This document shows, piece after piece, positions 34,421 to 43,893 of a DNA stretch of 64,000 nt; position 1 is the first letter of the stretch; every line of letters begins with the position of its first letter. Made by a program: the position numbers and the translations under genes. The notes beneath the pieces are model-generated. The model was not told the DNA's origin and made no database searches. It saw only the letters and a program-made list of their open reading frames with translations. The DNA lies in the NCBI GenBank assembly GCA_045628165.1, contig JAZQPB010000228.1:368-64367 (forward strand), written 5' to 3'. This DNA is from Bacteroidales bacterium (GTDB taxonomy: Bacteria > Bacteroidota > Bacteroidia > Bacteroidales > UBA3824).

Positions 34421-37036
34421 CTACTTGGCGTCGAAACTGCTGAGCCAGCCGCGGTACTTGCCGTCGAGCGAAGTCTCCTCTGTGGATTCCGACAGAGTGC
34501 TGATTTTCTCCATCTCCACGAGCTTGAACTTGAGCTCCGACTCGCTGCCCTTGATGGCCGAGAGCTTGGCCTGGAGTTCCTCGTTCTTCTTCCGGAGCGA
34601 TTCCACCTGAATGGTGGCCTGCTCCTCAATCTCCTTGTGGACAGTGATATCGATAGCGGTATAGAGCACCTTGAACACCTTGCCCTGAGTATCCTTAACA
34701 GGGGTGTACTGGTTGATAAGCCAGATGTCGTTGCCGGTGAGCTTAGACTTACGCTTAACAGTGATCTGGTGAAGATTACCCTCGCAAACATTTTGCCACA
34801 GTGCCTTGAATTCCACAATTTCTTCGTCCGGGATAAAGGTAAGAATGTTCTTGCCCTTGGTCTGCTCGTAATCGTAACCCATGGTCTTGATATGCTTGGC
34901 ATTGGCCGACAGCAAGTTGCCCTCCACCGAATACTCGGCCTTCATCATGGTCTCGTCGATGGCGGTGAGCACTGATGTCATCTCCACCCTGTTTTTGGCC
35001 ATATTCTCCTGTGTGGACATGAGCATCTCGGCACGCTCCATCGATTCGGAGAGCAGTCGCTTGTTGCGCTCCTCAGTAATCTTCTGCTCGGTGATATCGT
35101 TGGCCATGTAGAGCACTCTCACCACCACGCTCTTCTGATCGAAGATAGGTGTATACTGTGCCAGCAGCCAGATAGACTCGCCATGCTTGTTTTTCTGATG
35201 GATGGTGCTCTGGTAAGACTGGCCCTGGCAGATATTCTGCCATACGATGTCGAAGTTTTCCAGATACTCATCGGGAAGTATAGCCTTGATGTTGCGGCCA
35301 ATAAGCTCGTCCTTACGGTATCCGAGAGCCGAGAGGAATTTCTGGTTGGCCGATTCGAACTTGCCTTCGGGATCCAGCTCGGCCTTCAGCAATGTCTCGT
35401 CTACAGCCGAGAGAATACCGGCCATCTCGGCCTCACGGCGCTGAGACTCGTTTCTCGCGTTGGTCATCTCGTCCATCGCCTTACGGAGCTCGTCCTCGCG
35501 GACAGCCAGCTCGTCGGTCTTTTTCTGAGATTCCTGGAGAAGCTCTGCTGTCTTGGCGTTGCTTCTCAGCGATGCCAATGTGGAAGCAATGGAATCGCCG
35601 AGCTGCTCCACAAACTGCACCTCGTAAGGTTTCAGCAGATTGAAAGATGCAAGCTCTATTACACCCAGGATGCGGTCTTCCGACTTTAGCGGCACTATGA
35701 GAAGGCTCTTGGGTCTCGAATCACCGAGACCTGATTCTATCTCCATGTAGTCGCCCGGCACATCTGTAATATATATAGTGTTCTTCTCCAATGCACATAC
35801 GCCAATCAGGCCGTCGCCCATGGCTATCTTCTTGGTGAGGAACTTCTTGCGGTCGTAGGCAAAAGCCGACAGCATCTCGAGGAACACGTTCTTCGGGTCG
35901 GTGTCGTCCACGATAAAGAGGCCACCCTGGCTTGCGTTGATGTAATGCACCAGACTCTTAATCACCTCGTCGGACAGAGAGTTGATGTTGTCGTTGGAGT
36001 GGCGCATGATGTCGCCGAACTTGGCAAGGCCCTGTGTAGTCCAGTTGCGCTGCTCGTCCTCCAGACGGCGCTTGTTCTCCTCGGCCTGTGTATCGTGCAG
36101 ACGGTCGCGGAGCTCCATGAGGCTCTTGGCCATGGATCCGTCGGGGGCGTCCATATCGAAATCCGTATCATAGTTGCCCTTGGCAATCTCGTTGGAGAAC
36201 TCGGTGAGTTTCTTGAAGTTGCTGGCAGTTGCGTTTATCTTCTTGTTAAGCACGCCAATATCGGTCTTGTCTTCTCTGAGCTTATCAGCTGGCACCACAC
36301 CACGGCTGAGCGACTCCAGGAACTCCTGCGCGCTGGCGTAATTGTAGCGCATGTACCTGAATATCGAGATGCCCACCAGGAGCACCAGGATAATGAGCGG
36401 CAACGAAAGCGCGCCTATCGTGATCCTGAGCTTGTTGATGCTCTCGCGGATAGCGCTGTCGGCCACATAGAGATTCTGCAGATGTGTGGTGTACATGAGG
36501 TCGAGCGTCTTGCGCATCTGGTCGAAGGCGGCTATCTCCTTAACACCGAGCAGCTCGTGGGCCACATCCACATCGCCCGATATGATATTGCGTATGATGT
36601 TCTTGTTTACGTTTTGATAAATCACAAACTCGTTCTTGAATCTGTCGAGGAGCTTGAGCTCGTCGGCAGACTGCAATGTGTTCTCGTAGTCCTTGAGGCG
36701 CACCTCATAAAACTGGTTGAACTTGTTGTGATGCCTCTGTATGGCCACCACATCGGTCTCGTTCTCTATGATGGCATGATTCTGCACCACGAGGGCATAT
36801 ATATCCTCGGTGAGCGAGTATAGAGGATAAATACCCGCCGCCTGATGCGAGGAGAAGTCCTCGACACTGTTTCTCACTCTGCCCACAGAGTAGAATGAGT
36901 ATATACAAAAGAATAGAATATAAGCCAATACCGTTGAGAACAACAGTATCAACTTATTCCTAAAGTCCAATTTATCAAATATTTGACTCACTTTCTCCAT
37001 TGTATGGGCAATCGTTTTTGTGGTTGAAAATAGCAC
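34421..37036 (-). CDS. Membrane sensor with 4-helix-bundle/HAMP-GAF-PAS-PAS and coiled coils but no recognisable output domain. The start may be MEKVSQ at 37000.
   Basis: 871 aa. TM-periplasmic-TM N-terminus, GAF domain (MGDGLIGVCALEKNTIY), two PAS modules and a C-terminal coiled coil. Paralogous to the GAF-coil region of the neighbouring phosphatase. Confidence 0.8.
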   Translation of the reverse strand: MLFSTTKTIAHTMEKVSQIFDKLDFRNKLILLFSTVLAYILFFCIYSFYSVGRVRNSVEDFSSHQAAGIYPLYSLTEDIYALVVQNHAIIENETDVVAIQRHHNKFNQFYEVRLKDYENTLQSADELKLLDRFKNEFVIYQNVNKNIIRNIISGDVDVAHELLGVKEIAAFDQMRKTLDLMYTTHLQNLYVADSAIRESINKLRITIGALSLPLIILVLLVGISIFRYMRYNYASAQEFLESLSRGVVPADKLREDKTDIGVLNKKINATASNFKKLTEFSNEIAKGNYDTDFDMDAPDGSMAKSLMELRDRLHDTQAEENKRRLEDEQRNWTTQGLAKFGDIMRHSNDNINSLSDEVIKSLVHYINASQGGLFIVDDTDPKNVFLEMLSAFAYDRKKFLTKKIAMGDGLIGVCALEKNTIYITDVPGDYMEIESGLGDSRPKSLLIVPLKSEDRILGVIELASFNLLKPYEVQFVEQLGDSIASTLASLRSNAKTAELLQESQKKTDELAVREDELRKAMDEMTNARNESQRREAEMAGILSAVDETLLKAELDPEGKFESANQKFLSALGYRKDELIGRNIKAILPDEYLENFDIVWQNICQGQSYQSTIHQKNKHGESIWLLAQYTPIFDQKSVVVRVLYMANDITEQKITEERNKRLLSESMERAEMLMSTQENMAKNRVEMTSVLTAIDETMMKAEYSVEGNLLSANAKHIKTMGYDYEQTKGKNILTFIPDEEIVEFKALWQNVCEGNLHQITVKRKSKLTGNDIWLINQYTPVKDTQGKVFKVLYTAIDITVHKEIEEQATIQVESLRKKNEELQAKLSAIKGSESELKFKLVEMEKISTLSESTEETSLDGKYRGWLSSFDAK

Positions 37037-37074
37037 CCGTCGGGGTACAGTTTTACATCTATAATCCCAAAGTC

Positions 37075-37082
37075 CAAATTTA
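37075..37082 (-). promoter_or_regulatory. -7 box TAAATTTG for the sensor/phosphatase operon
   Basis: The plus strand reads caaattta, just upstream of the ORF start. Confidence 0.4.
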
Positions 37083-37288
37083 GAAATAATTTTTGTTTCT
37101 ACACATAAAATTTTACATTTTTCTAATATTTTTCATAAAATATTTTCACATCAGCTGATACTCAACCAATTACACACGCAGAAAATATTTTATGGGACTA
37201 TTGTCAGCTGATAAGTTTCAAAAAACATGCCTTTTTTATAAATGCATGCGCTTGCGGCGTTTTTTTTTGCTAATACCGATTTATCTAT

Positions 37289-37296
37289 TAATTTTG
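37289..37296 (+). promoter_or_regulatory. -7 box TAATTTTG for cheR
   Basis: taattttg lies ~23 nt upstream of the ATG at 37319. Confidence 0.45.
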
Positions 37297-37318
37297 CATC
37301 ATATAACAGAACGAAAAA

Positions 37319-38140
37319 ATGGCTCTAACGGAAGACGACATCAAGAGATTTCAGAAGGCGGTAAGCAGTGTATCGCCTTACAATTTCCACGACTACTCGT
37401 ACAACAGCTTCTATCGCCGTATCGACAAGATACTCGGAGACTACGGCATCACCATAGACAAGCTGATAGACAACGTATGCCGCGACTACAACTATCTGGA
37501 GCGCGTGGTAAGGGACATCACGGTAAACACCACCGAGCTGTTCCGCGATGTGGAGACATGGGCCCACATCAAGCGGATGCTTACCTCGATATACGCCGAC
37601 CAGCCAAGCATAAATATCTGGCACGCAGGATGTTCGTCGGGTCAGGAGGTGTATTCGATGATGATGATGCTCTGCGAGCTCGATATGCTGGACAAGGCCA
37701 CGATATACGCCTCCGACATCAACGAGAAGGTGCTCGGCACCGCCATGTCGGGCAAATACAAGTACCACGAGATACAGGAGTACATCGGAAACTTCGACAA
37801 GGTTTTCAACTCGGAGGGCAACCCGGTGCAGATGAGCAAATACATGGAGATAAACAAGTTTAAGGACTACGTGCAGATGAACAGGACTCTGGTGGAAAAG
37901 CCTCTGTTCCTGAAGCACGACCTCGTGCCGTGCCGGAACATCGCCAACCACGACTTCGACATAATTTTCTGCCGCAACGTGCTGATATACTTCAACCACG
38001 AGCTGCAGACCAATGTGATAAACTTTTTTGCCGACCACATAAAACCCAACGGATGCCTGGTGATAGGCCGGCACGAGGGAATGATAGGCCCCGCCGCCGC
38101 CAGATTCAACAAGGCCGAGGCTCTCTACTTCAAGAGATAA
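37319..38140 (+). CDS. cheR: CheR-type protein-glutamate O-methyltransferase
   Basis: 273 aa. TELFRD motif, SAM-binding IWHAGCSSGQEVYS, and FDIIFCRNVLIYF. Confidence 0.88.
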   Translation: MALTEDDIKRFQKAVSSVSPYNFHDYSYNSFYRRIDKILGDYGITIDKLIDNVCRDYNYLERVVRDITVNTTELFRDVETWAHIKRMLTSIYADQPSINIWHAGCSSGQEVYSMMMMLCELDMLDKATIYASDINEKVLGTAMSGKYKYHEIQEYIGNFDKVFNSEGNPVQMSKYMEINKFKDYVQMNRTLVEKPLFLKHDLVPCRNIANHDFDIIFCRNVLIYFNHELQTNVINFFADHIKPNGCLVIGRHEGMIGPAAARFNKAEALYFKR

Positions 38141-38228
38141 CGCGGCACACCTATTAATAAGGTATCAGCTGCGGGAAAATGGCATTTAAATTGCTATGTT
38201 TCAGAAAACAATATAAACAAATCGCAAA

Positions 38229-39044
38229 ATGAAAAGACTAAGACACATATTATTGACAGCATCGCTGATAGCGGCCTGCGCCATAGCCAACGCGCAGGTG
38301 GATTTCACGGTGGAGCCGGAGACCGCCTGCGCCGGCAAGACCATAAAGGTAACCAACAAGACATCAGGCAAGTATCAGCTGGCCAAATTTAAATTCGGCG
38401 ACGGCCTCGAGGCATACGGCGACAATCTCCAGCACATATACCAGGCAGGAGGATCGTACACCATAGAGCTGTCGGTGCTGATGGACGACGGATCGTGGAG
38501 CCCGGCCAAGATGCACATAGTAAGCGTGGGCGAAAAGCCTTCGGTATCGGTGGCCGACAACAGCAAGGCAGGGCAGCTGACAGCAACTATATCAGCTGGA
38601 GCCTCCCTGAAATGGTACTGCAACGGCAGCGAGATGAAAACCACCCAGACATCCCTATATTATAAGGAGAGCGGAGAATACAAGGCCGTGGCCACGCTCG
38701 ACAACGGATGCGCCGATTCGGCATCGGTAAAGGTAACATACACCGACATAAGCGGAAAGGACATGACATCGATAGCCGTAAAGAACAACGTGATAACACC
38801 GGGCGTGCTCGACGGAATAAACGACGTGCTGGCCATCGACGGACTGCCATTCGACGGGCCGTGCGAGGTGTCGGTATTCAACTCCAAGGGCAAACTCGTA
38901 TACGACAACAAGAACTACTCCAACACCGACGGATTTATGGGCACCGACAATTCCGGCAACCTCCTGCCCGCCGGCACATACTATTATGTAATAAAGAGCT
39001 GGGGACGCAAAGGCTGTACCGGGTTCGTGGATGTAATAAGATAA
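38229..39044 (+). CDS. PKD-domain protein with T9SS type B C-terminal sorting domain
   Basis: 271 aa with signal peptide. PKD-like FKFGDGLEAYGDNLQHIYQAGGSYTIELSV. C-terminus ITPGVLDGINDVL...AGTYYYVIK...GFVDVIR (gliding-motility C-terminal domain). Confidence 0.8.
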   Translation: MKRLRHILLTASLIAACAIANAQVDFTVEPETACAGKTIKVTNKTSGKYQLAKFKFGDGLEAYGDNLQHIYQAGGSYTIELSVLMDDGSWSPAKMHIVSVGEKPSVSVADNSKAGQLTATISAGASLKWYCNGSEMKTTQTSLYYKESGEYKAVATLDNGCADSASVKVTYTDISGKDMTSIAVKNNVITPGVLDGINDVLAIDGLPFDGPCEVSVFNSKGKLVYDNKNYSNTDGFMGTDNSGNLLPAGTYYYVIKSWGRKGCTGFVDVIR

Positions 39045-39057
39045 AAAAGCTGAAACT

Positions 39058-40530
39058 ATGATAAGGAAAATAATCACCGCAAGCGCGCTGATCCTTAGCG
39101 CAAGCATGTCGATGGCGCAGGACATGTCAGCCAACGGACAAAACTACATAAACAGATACTCCGTAGCACCCGCCTACGCCGGATTCAACGGCAACGCCGA
39201 GGGATTCCTGAGCCTCCGCCAGACCATGAAAGGCATACAGGGATCGCCCCAGATAATGAGGGCCGACATGAACGGCGCATTCATGGGCAACATGGGATAC
39301 GGCGTGCAGATAATAAACGAGAAATCCGGAAACTTCCAGAACACCGTAGTATCGGCAACATACGCCTACCACCTGCCGCTGAGCTCCGACATGAGCCTGA
39401 GCCTCGCGCTATCGCCCACATACATCCGCAGCTCATACAACCTCGGGCAGGCCGTAACAGAGAGCCCCTCGCCCGACCCCGTATTCACCAATCAGGCAGG
39501 CATGGCAGCTAATGGCTTCGACGCCGGATTCTCCCTCATGTTCAACATGCAGAACCTCTTCGTGAGCGTAAACGCGCCGCGACTCATCTGCAAGGACCTC
39601 GAATTCAAGAACGGCATAGCCAACGCCAACCGCCGCATAGACGCCGACATATCGTACGCCCTGGAGATGGACAAATGGGAGTTTGAGCCCATAGCCAATG
39701 TGGGATACGTATTCGACGAGGGCGTGGAGTTCAAGGGCGCAGCCGTGGCCAAATACAACAAGATGGCATGGATGCAGGTATCGTACTCGTCGGAGAGCTG
39801 GATAGGCATAGGAGCAGGATTCGCCGCCACCGGCCGCATAGCAGTCAACTACCAGTACGAGGCAGGCACATCGCTGCTGGCCCGTCAGATAAACGGCAAC
39901 CACGAGATTACAGTAGGATTCCTGATAAGCAAGGCCAAGAACGCCAAGACAGCCAAGAAGCCTACAATCTTCACCGCCGAAGACATAAAGACCGAGGCAC
40001 CGGCCAAGCGCACCGACAACAACGCCCTCGAGAAGAAACTCATGAACGAGATCAAACGCCTCGACAACAAGATCGACAGCCACCACACCGGCACCAACGC
40101 CGACAACAACTCCAACCCGACACCTCAGGACGCGCCCAACGCCTGGGTAGACAACGAGGAGAAGGAGGAGAAGGAAATGGAGGAAAAATGGGATGCGCCC
40201 ATGAACGTGCCCAACGTGAAATTCGGCTACGGATCCGACAGGATGTTCTCGTCATCGTATCCGGCCATAGCCAAGTTCGTGAGCGAGATGACCAAAGACC
40301 CAAGCCTCAAGATCATGGTGATAGCCTACGTGGACAGCATGGGAAGCAAGTCGTATGCCAAGCAGCTGGCCGCCAAGCGCGCCGAGGCCATCAAGTCGTT
40401 CATGGTATCCAAGGGAATAGCGGGCAACCGCATAGTAACCAAGGGCGCCATCACACGCGACACCAGGATGACCATAGAGCCAAGCCTCCGATACGACAAG
40501 AACTTTGTACAGATACGCTACCAGCGATAG
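39058..40530 (+). CDS. PorP/SprF-family T9SS membrane protein fused to a C-terminal OmpA-like domain
   Basis: 490 aa. YINRYSVAPAYAGFNGNAEGFLSLRQTMKGIQGSP (PorP/SprF opening). C-terminus VKFGYGSDRM...YVDSMGSKSYAKQLAAKRAEAIKSFMVSKGI (OmpA_C). Confidence 0.8.
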   Translation: MIRKIITASALILSASMSMAQDMSANGQNYINRYSVAPAYAGFNGNAEGFLSLRQTMKGIQGSPQIMRADMNGAFMGNMGYGVQIINEKSGNFQNTVVSATYAYHLPLSSDMSLSLALSPTYIRSSYNLGQAVTESPSPDPVFTNQAGMAANGFDAGFSLMFNMQNLFVSVNAPRLICKDLEFKNGIANANRRIDADISYALEMDKWEFEPIANVGYVFDEGVEFKGAAVAKYNKMAWMQVSYSSESWIGIGAGFAATGRIAVNYQYEAGTSLLARQINGNHEITVGFLISKAKNAKTAKKPTIFTAEDIKTEAPAKRTDNNALEKKLMNEIKRLDNKIDSHHTGTNADNNSNPTPQDAPNAWVDNEEKEEKEMEEKWDAPMNVPNVKFGYGSDRMFSSSYPAIAKFVSEMTKDPSLKIMVIAYVDSMGSKSYAKQLAAKRAEAIKSFMVSKGIAGNRIVTKGAITRDTRMTIEPSLRYDKNFVQIRYQR

Positions 40531-40567
40531 CGCGCCGGTACCATACCTTATATAAAAGCCAACTATC

Positions 40568-41080
40568 ATGAAAAAATCAGTATTATATCAGCTGACGGCA
40601 ATATTTCTGCTGGCCCTGGCCATACCCTCGGGAGCGCGCGCACAGACCCTCACGCTGGGCGCCGCCACACCCTCGGCCAGCTCCACAGAGGCAGGAGGAC
40701 TGCGCTACAGCGGCAGAATAGGATACACAGGCTGCGCTAAGGTAAGCAAGCTGGTGATAGGCAACCCCAGCCAGGACAACCAACACCAGACACCGGAAAC
40801 CGGCGACATAAGCCCCAACGGCATATCAGCCTCGGCATACCCCAACCCCTTTGCCGACGAGATAAGGATCACATTCCCCGTAAAGGAGCAGGCCGGGCGC
40901 CCCATCATACAGATAATAGACAATGCCGGGCGGGCAGCTAATAGCGAGATTACACAATACTCCGAGAGCGGGCGCAGGGCAACGGCCACAATAAGCGCCG
41001 CCGGCCTCCCAAGCGGAAAATACATAATAAGAATACTCACAGGCGGATGCATATACGCAGTAAGCGCCATAAAAATCTGA
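40568..41080 (+). CDS. Small secreted protein with T9SS type A C-terminal sorting domain
   Basis: 170 aa with signal peptide. C-terminus AYPNPFADEIRITF...LPSGKYIIRILTGG. Confidence 0.7.
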   Translation: MKKSVLYQLTAIFLLALAIPSGARAQTLTLGAATPSASSTEAGGLRYSGRIGYTGCAKVSKLVIGNPSQDNQHQTPETGDISPNGISASAYPNPFADEIRITFPVKEQAGRPIIQIIDNAGRAANSEITQYSESGRRATATISAAGLPSGKYIIRILTGGCIYAVSAIKI

Positions 41081-41086
41081 CGAACC

Positions 41087-43036
41087 ATGAAAACAAACAT
41101 CACGCATATACTCGGGACACTGGCAATAGCTGCCATGCCGATGCTGGCATCAGCTCAGAGCCTGCCCAACTCATTCAACTACCAGGCAATGATAAACGCC
41201 GACGACGGATCGCCCATAGCCAACAAGGACATCACGGTAGAGATATCCATACTGCAGGGCAGCGGATGCGACGACGGAGGCACATGCGCCATACTCTGGC
41301 AGGAGCTCCACACCCCCACCACCAACGACTTCGGCCTCTTCAACGTGGAGATAGGATCCAGCAGCGCCATCAGCACAATGACAGGCAGCATGAAGAAATA
41401 CTCCGACATAGAGTGGCTGAACACATCAGGCGGATACTACTACATGAGAGTGCGCGTGGATTTCGGCGAGGCATCGTACCTGAACGGAATGACCGACCTC
41501 GGCACCACCAAATTCTCATCAGTGCCATACTCACTGGCGGCCACCACAGCCGAGAGCGCCAAGCAGGCCCACACACTATCGGCCAACGCCGACGGCAAGA
41601 CAGCCCTCGACATCTCGCAGCTGGCCGACGTAACGGTGATAAATCCGCAGAAAAACCAAATCCTCGTATTCGACGGCAAGACATGGAAAAACTCCGACCC
41701 GGCCAATACTCAGGGACTCACCAACATCGACATACAGAACCCCGCCAACGGACAGCTGCTGATATACAACGGCACATCCAAGAACTGGGAAAACAAGCCA
41801 TTCCCCGCGCTCAACATCGAGAGCATGAGCAATGTATCGGTAGAGGCGCTCAACAAGAAAGACGTACTCGCATACAACGGCAGCGCCTGGCAGAACACAC
41901 AGCTCAGGCTCAGCAGCCTGTCAGACGTAACCGGCACACCCGCCAACGGACAGGTGCTCACATACAACTCGGGATCGTGGTCGCCAGCCACACCAGCCGC
42001 CGGCGACACCAAGACCACCAGCATCTACGACCTCACCAAAGACGTGAAAATCAACAAGCTGGACCTCAAGGACGGCCACGTGCTCACATTCAACGAGCCG
42101 CTCAATCTCTGGGAGGCCAGAGTAAACGAGAACATCTGGACCAAGGGAACCACCAACTACTACACCAGCAAGAGAATCGGAGTAGGCGCCGAAGTAGTTC
42201 CCGACGTAAACGGCAGCTCGGTACTCATGATGGTGGCCACATCAAGCACATCCACATCAGGCACATCGCTCTTCAGCGGCAAGGGCATCACCATAGGATG
42301 CAGCAAGGACCGCGTAAAAGGCTCAGGCTCAATAGCATTGGGCGCAGGCGGAGCAGGCGACGTACAGGGAGCATCATGCATAGTGGGCAACGGCGCCACA
42401 GCCGAGGAGATGGCCGAAAACAGCATAGTACTCGGCAACAAGGCCACATCCAACGCCATCAACAGCCTCGTAATAGGCGCCAACAGCAAGGCCAGGGGCA
42501 GCAACACATCAGTACTCGGATCGGGCCTGCAGTCGGTGGGCGACAATTCGCTCGTAATAGGCAAATACAACAAATACGCCACCGACCAGCTGTTTGCCAT
42601 CGGCGACGGCACCAGCAGCGCCACCAACACATGCTTCTACATCAAGGCCGGCGGCGACGGATTTATCCAGGGCACACTGGGCAACGCATCCGACTCGCGC
42701 CTCAAGACCAACATCAACACCATCGATAATGCCCTCGGCAATATCACGAAACTCCGCGGAGTATCCTTCAATTGGGACAAGACCAAGAACCCCAACGCCG
42801 CCGACGGCCTCCAGTTCGGTTTCATAGCCCAGGAAGTCGAGAAAATATTCCCCAACCTCGTGAGCGAAAACGTAAACGGCTACAAGGCAGTAAACTACAC
42901 CGGAATAATCCCCGTACTCACCGAGGCCATCCAGGACCAGCAGACAGAGATTGAGGAGCTCAAGAAAGAGAACGAGGAGCTCAAATCAGCCCTCGAGATG
43001 CTCCTGAAGAGAGTAGAGGCACTCGAAAACAAATAA
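41087..43036 (+). CDS. Tail-fibre-like surface protein with C-terminal peptidase S74 intramolecular-chaperone domain
   Basis: 649 aa with signal peptide. Five GQ(V/L)LxYNGxxWxN-type fibre repeats. SDSRLKTNI...LRGVSFNWDK...GFIAQEVEKIFPNLV, then a terminal coiled coil. Confidence 0.8.
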   Translation: MKTNITHILGTLAIAAMPMLASAQSLPNSFNYQAMINADDGSPIANKDITVEISILQGSGCDDGGTCAILWQELHTPTTNDFGLFNVEIGSSSAISTMTGSMKKYSDIEWLNTSGGYYYMRVRVDFGEASYLNGMTDLGTTKFSSVPYSLAATTAESAKQAHTLSANADGKTALDISQLADVTVINPQKNQILVFDGKTWKNSDPANTQGLTNIDIQNPANGQLLIYNGTSKNWENKPFPALNIESMSNVSVEALNKKDVLAYNGSAWQNTQLRLSSLSDVTGTPANGQVLTYNSGSWSPATPAAGDTKTTSIYDLTKDVKINKLDLKDGHVLTFNEPLNLWEARVNENIWTKGTTNYYTSKRIGVGAEVVPDVNGSSVLMMVATSSTSTSGTSLFSGKGITIGCSKDRVKGSGSIALGAGGAGDVQGASCIVGNGATAEEMAENSIVLGNKATSNAINSLVIGANSKARGSNTSVLGSGLQSVGDNSLVIGKYNKYATDQLFAIGDGTSSATNTCFYIKAGGDGFIQGTLGNASDSRLKTNINTIDNALGNITKLRGVSFNWDKTKNPNAADGLQFGFIAQEVEKIFPNLVSENVNGYKAVNYTGIIPVLTEAIQDQQTEIEELKKENEELKSALEMLLKRVEALENK

Positions 43037-43038
43037 AG

Positions 43039-43239
43039 ATGGACAGCAACAATAAAAACAAACAGCCCGGAAGCCGAGAGCTTGCGGGCTGCTTGATAAT
43101 ACTTCTGGTGATAATAGCAGCAATCGTAATCGTGATGATAACTCTCAGCAACTGCGTAGACAGCGTAAACGACGAATACAAGCAGAAATACGACACATTA
43201 ATGCACACGCTCGATTCGCTTGGATACATCATTCACTGA
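43039..43239 (+). CDS. Small single-pass membrane protein (66 aa)
   Basis: Starts 2 nt after the fibre gene's stop. Hydrophobic helix LAGCLIILLVIIAAIVIVMITL. Confidence 0.5.
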   Translation: MDSNNKNKQPGSRELAGCLIILLVIIAAIVIVMITLSNCVDSVNDEYKQKYDTLMHTLDSLGYIIH

Positions 43240-43846
43240 TACCCCACGGGAAAAACTCGATCACCTTCTTGGTCTCAAAAAACTCATCATCAAAGACATC
43301 CGGGATATTGTAGATGCGGCACTTGGCGCTGTACGGAGCTATCTCCTCCATAAAATCGCCGCCCTTCAGATACACTATCCTGGATGTCTTTTCTTTCAGC
43401 AGATTGTTCAGAGTCTGCTTCACAAAATTAGGAAAAGCCGTTACCGCGCGGCTCACAATGGTATCGAACCTCTGCTTCAGCATCACGGATTTTATCTGCA
43501 TGGCCCTGGCATTGGCGAGGCCCAGCTTCTCTATCACATCATTCACCACCGAAATCTTCTTTCCGATAGAATCTATCAGCGTAAAATTCTTGTCGGGATA
43601 CATAATGGCCAATGGAATACCGGGGAAACCTCCGCCCGTGCCCACATCAAGAATATTCCTGGAGCTGTCTATTAGATTGAATTTGGCAATAGCCAGAGAG
43701 TGAAGCACATGGCGTACCATGAGCTGGTCGATATCAGCCCGCGAAATCACATTAATCTTCTCGTTCCATTCGGGATACAGGGCCTCGAGCATCCTGAACT
43801 GCTCAGCCTGCCTTTCGCTTATATTGGGGAAATATGCGCTTATCAT
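43229..43846 (-). CDS. rsmG: 16S rRNA (guanine527-N7)-methyltransferase
   Basis: 205 aa. LDVGTGGGFPGIPLAI SAM motif. GidB-like N-terminus. Confidence 0.9.
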   Translation of the reverse strand: MISAYFPNISERQAEQFRMLEALYPEWNEKINVISRADIDQLMVRHVLHSLAIAKFNLIDSSRNILDVGTGGGFPGIPLAIMYPDKNFTLIDSIGKKISVVNDVIEKLGLANARAMQIKSVMLKQRFDTIVSRAVTAFPNFVKQTLNNLLKEKTSRIVYLKGGDFMEEIAPYSAKCRIYNIPDVFDDEFFETKKVIEFFPWGISE

Positions 43847-43893
43847 TTTATATTTATCATTATAGGTGGTTGTGCAGCTAATGGCAAAATATT

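Noticed and set aside
39768-40571. 267-aa plus-strand ORF, and several minus-strand ORFs (39433..40086, 40252..40569), overlapping the PorP/SprF-OmpA gene
   Set aside because: Low-complexity Arg/Gly/His-rich translations with no motifs. The annotated frame has clear PorP/SprF and OmpA signatures.
41047-42729. 560-aa ORF (plus strand) overlapping the tail-fibre gene in another frame
   Set aside because: The translation is extremely Arg/His/Gln-rich low complexity. The overlapping frame (41087..43036) has a signal peptide, fibre repeats and an S74 domain. This is a typical shadow ORF of GC3-rich coding sequence.
41087-43036. Possibility of a prophage, suggested by the tail-fibre/S74 protein
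   Set aside because: There are no capsid, terminase, portal, integrase or lysis genes nearby. The flanking genes are T9SS-related and housekeeping, and the protein has a Sec signal peptide.
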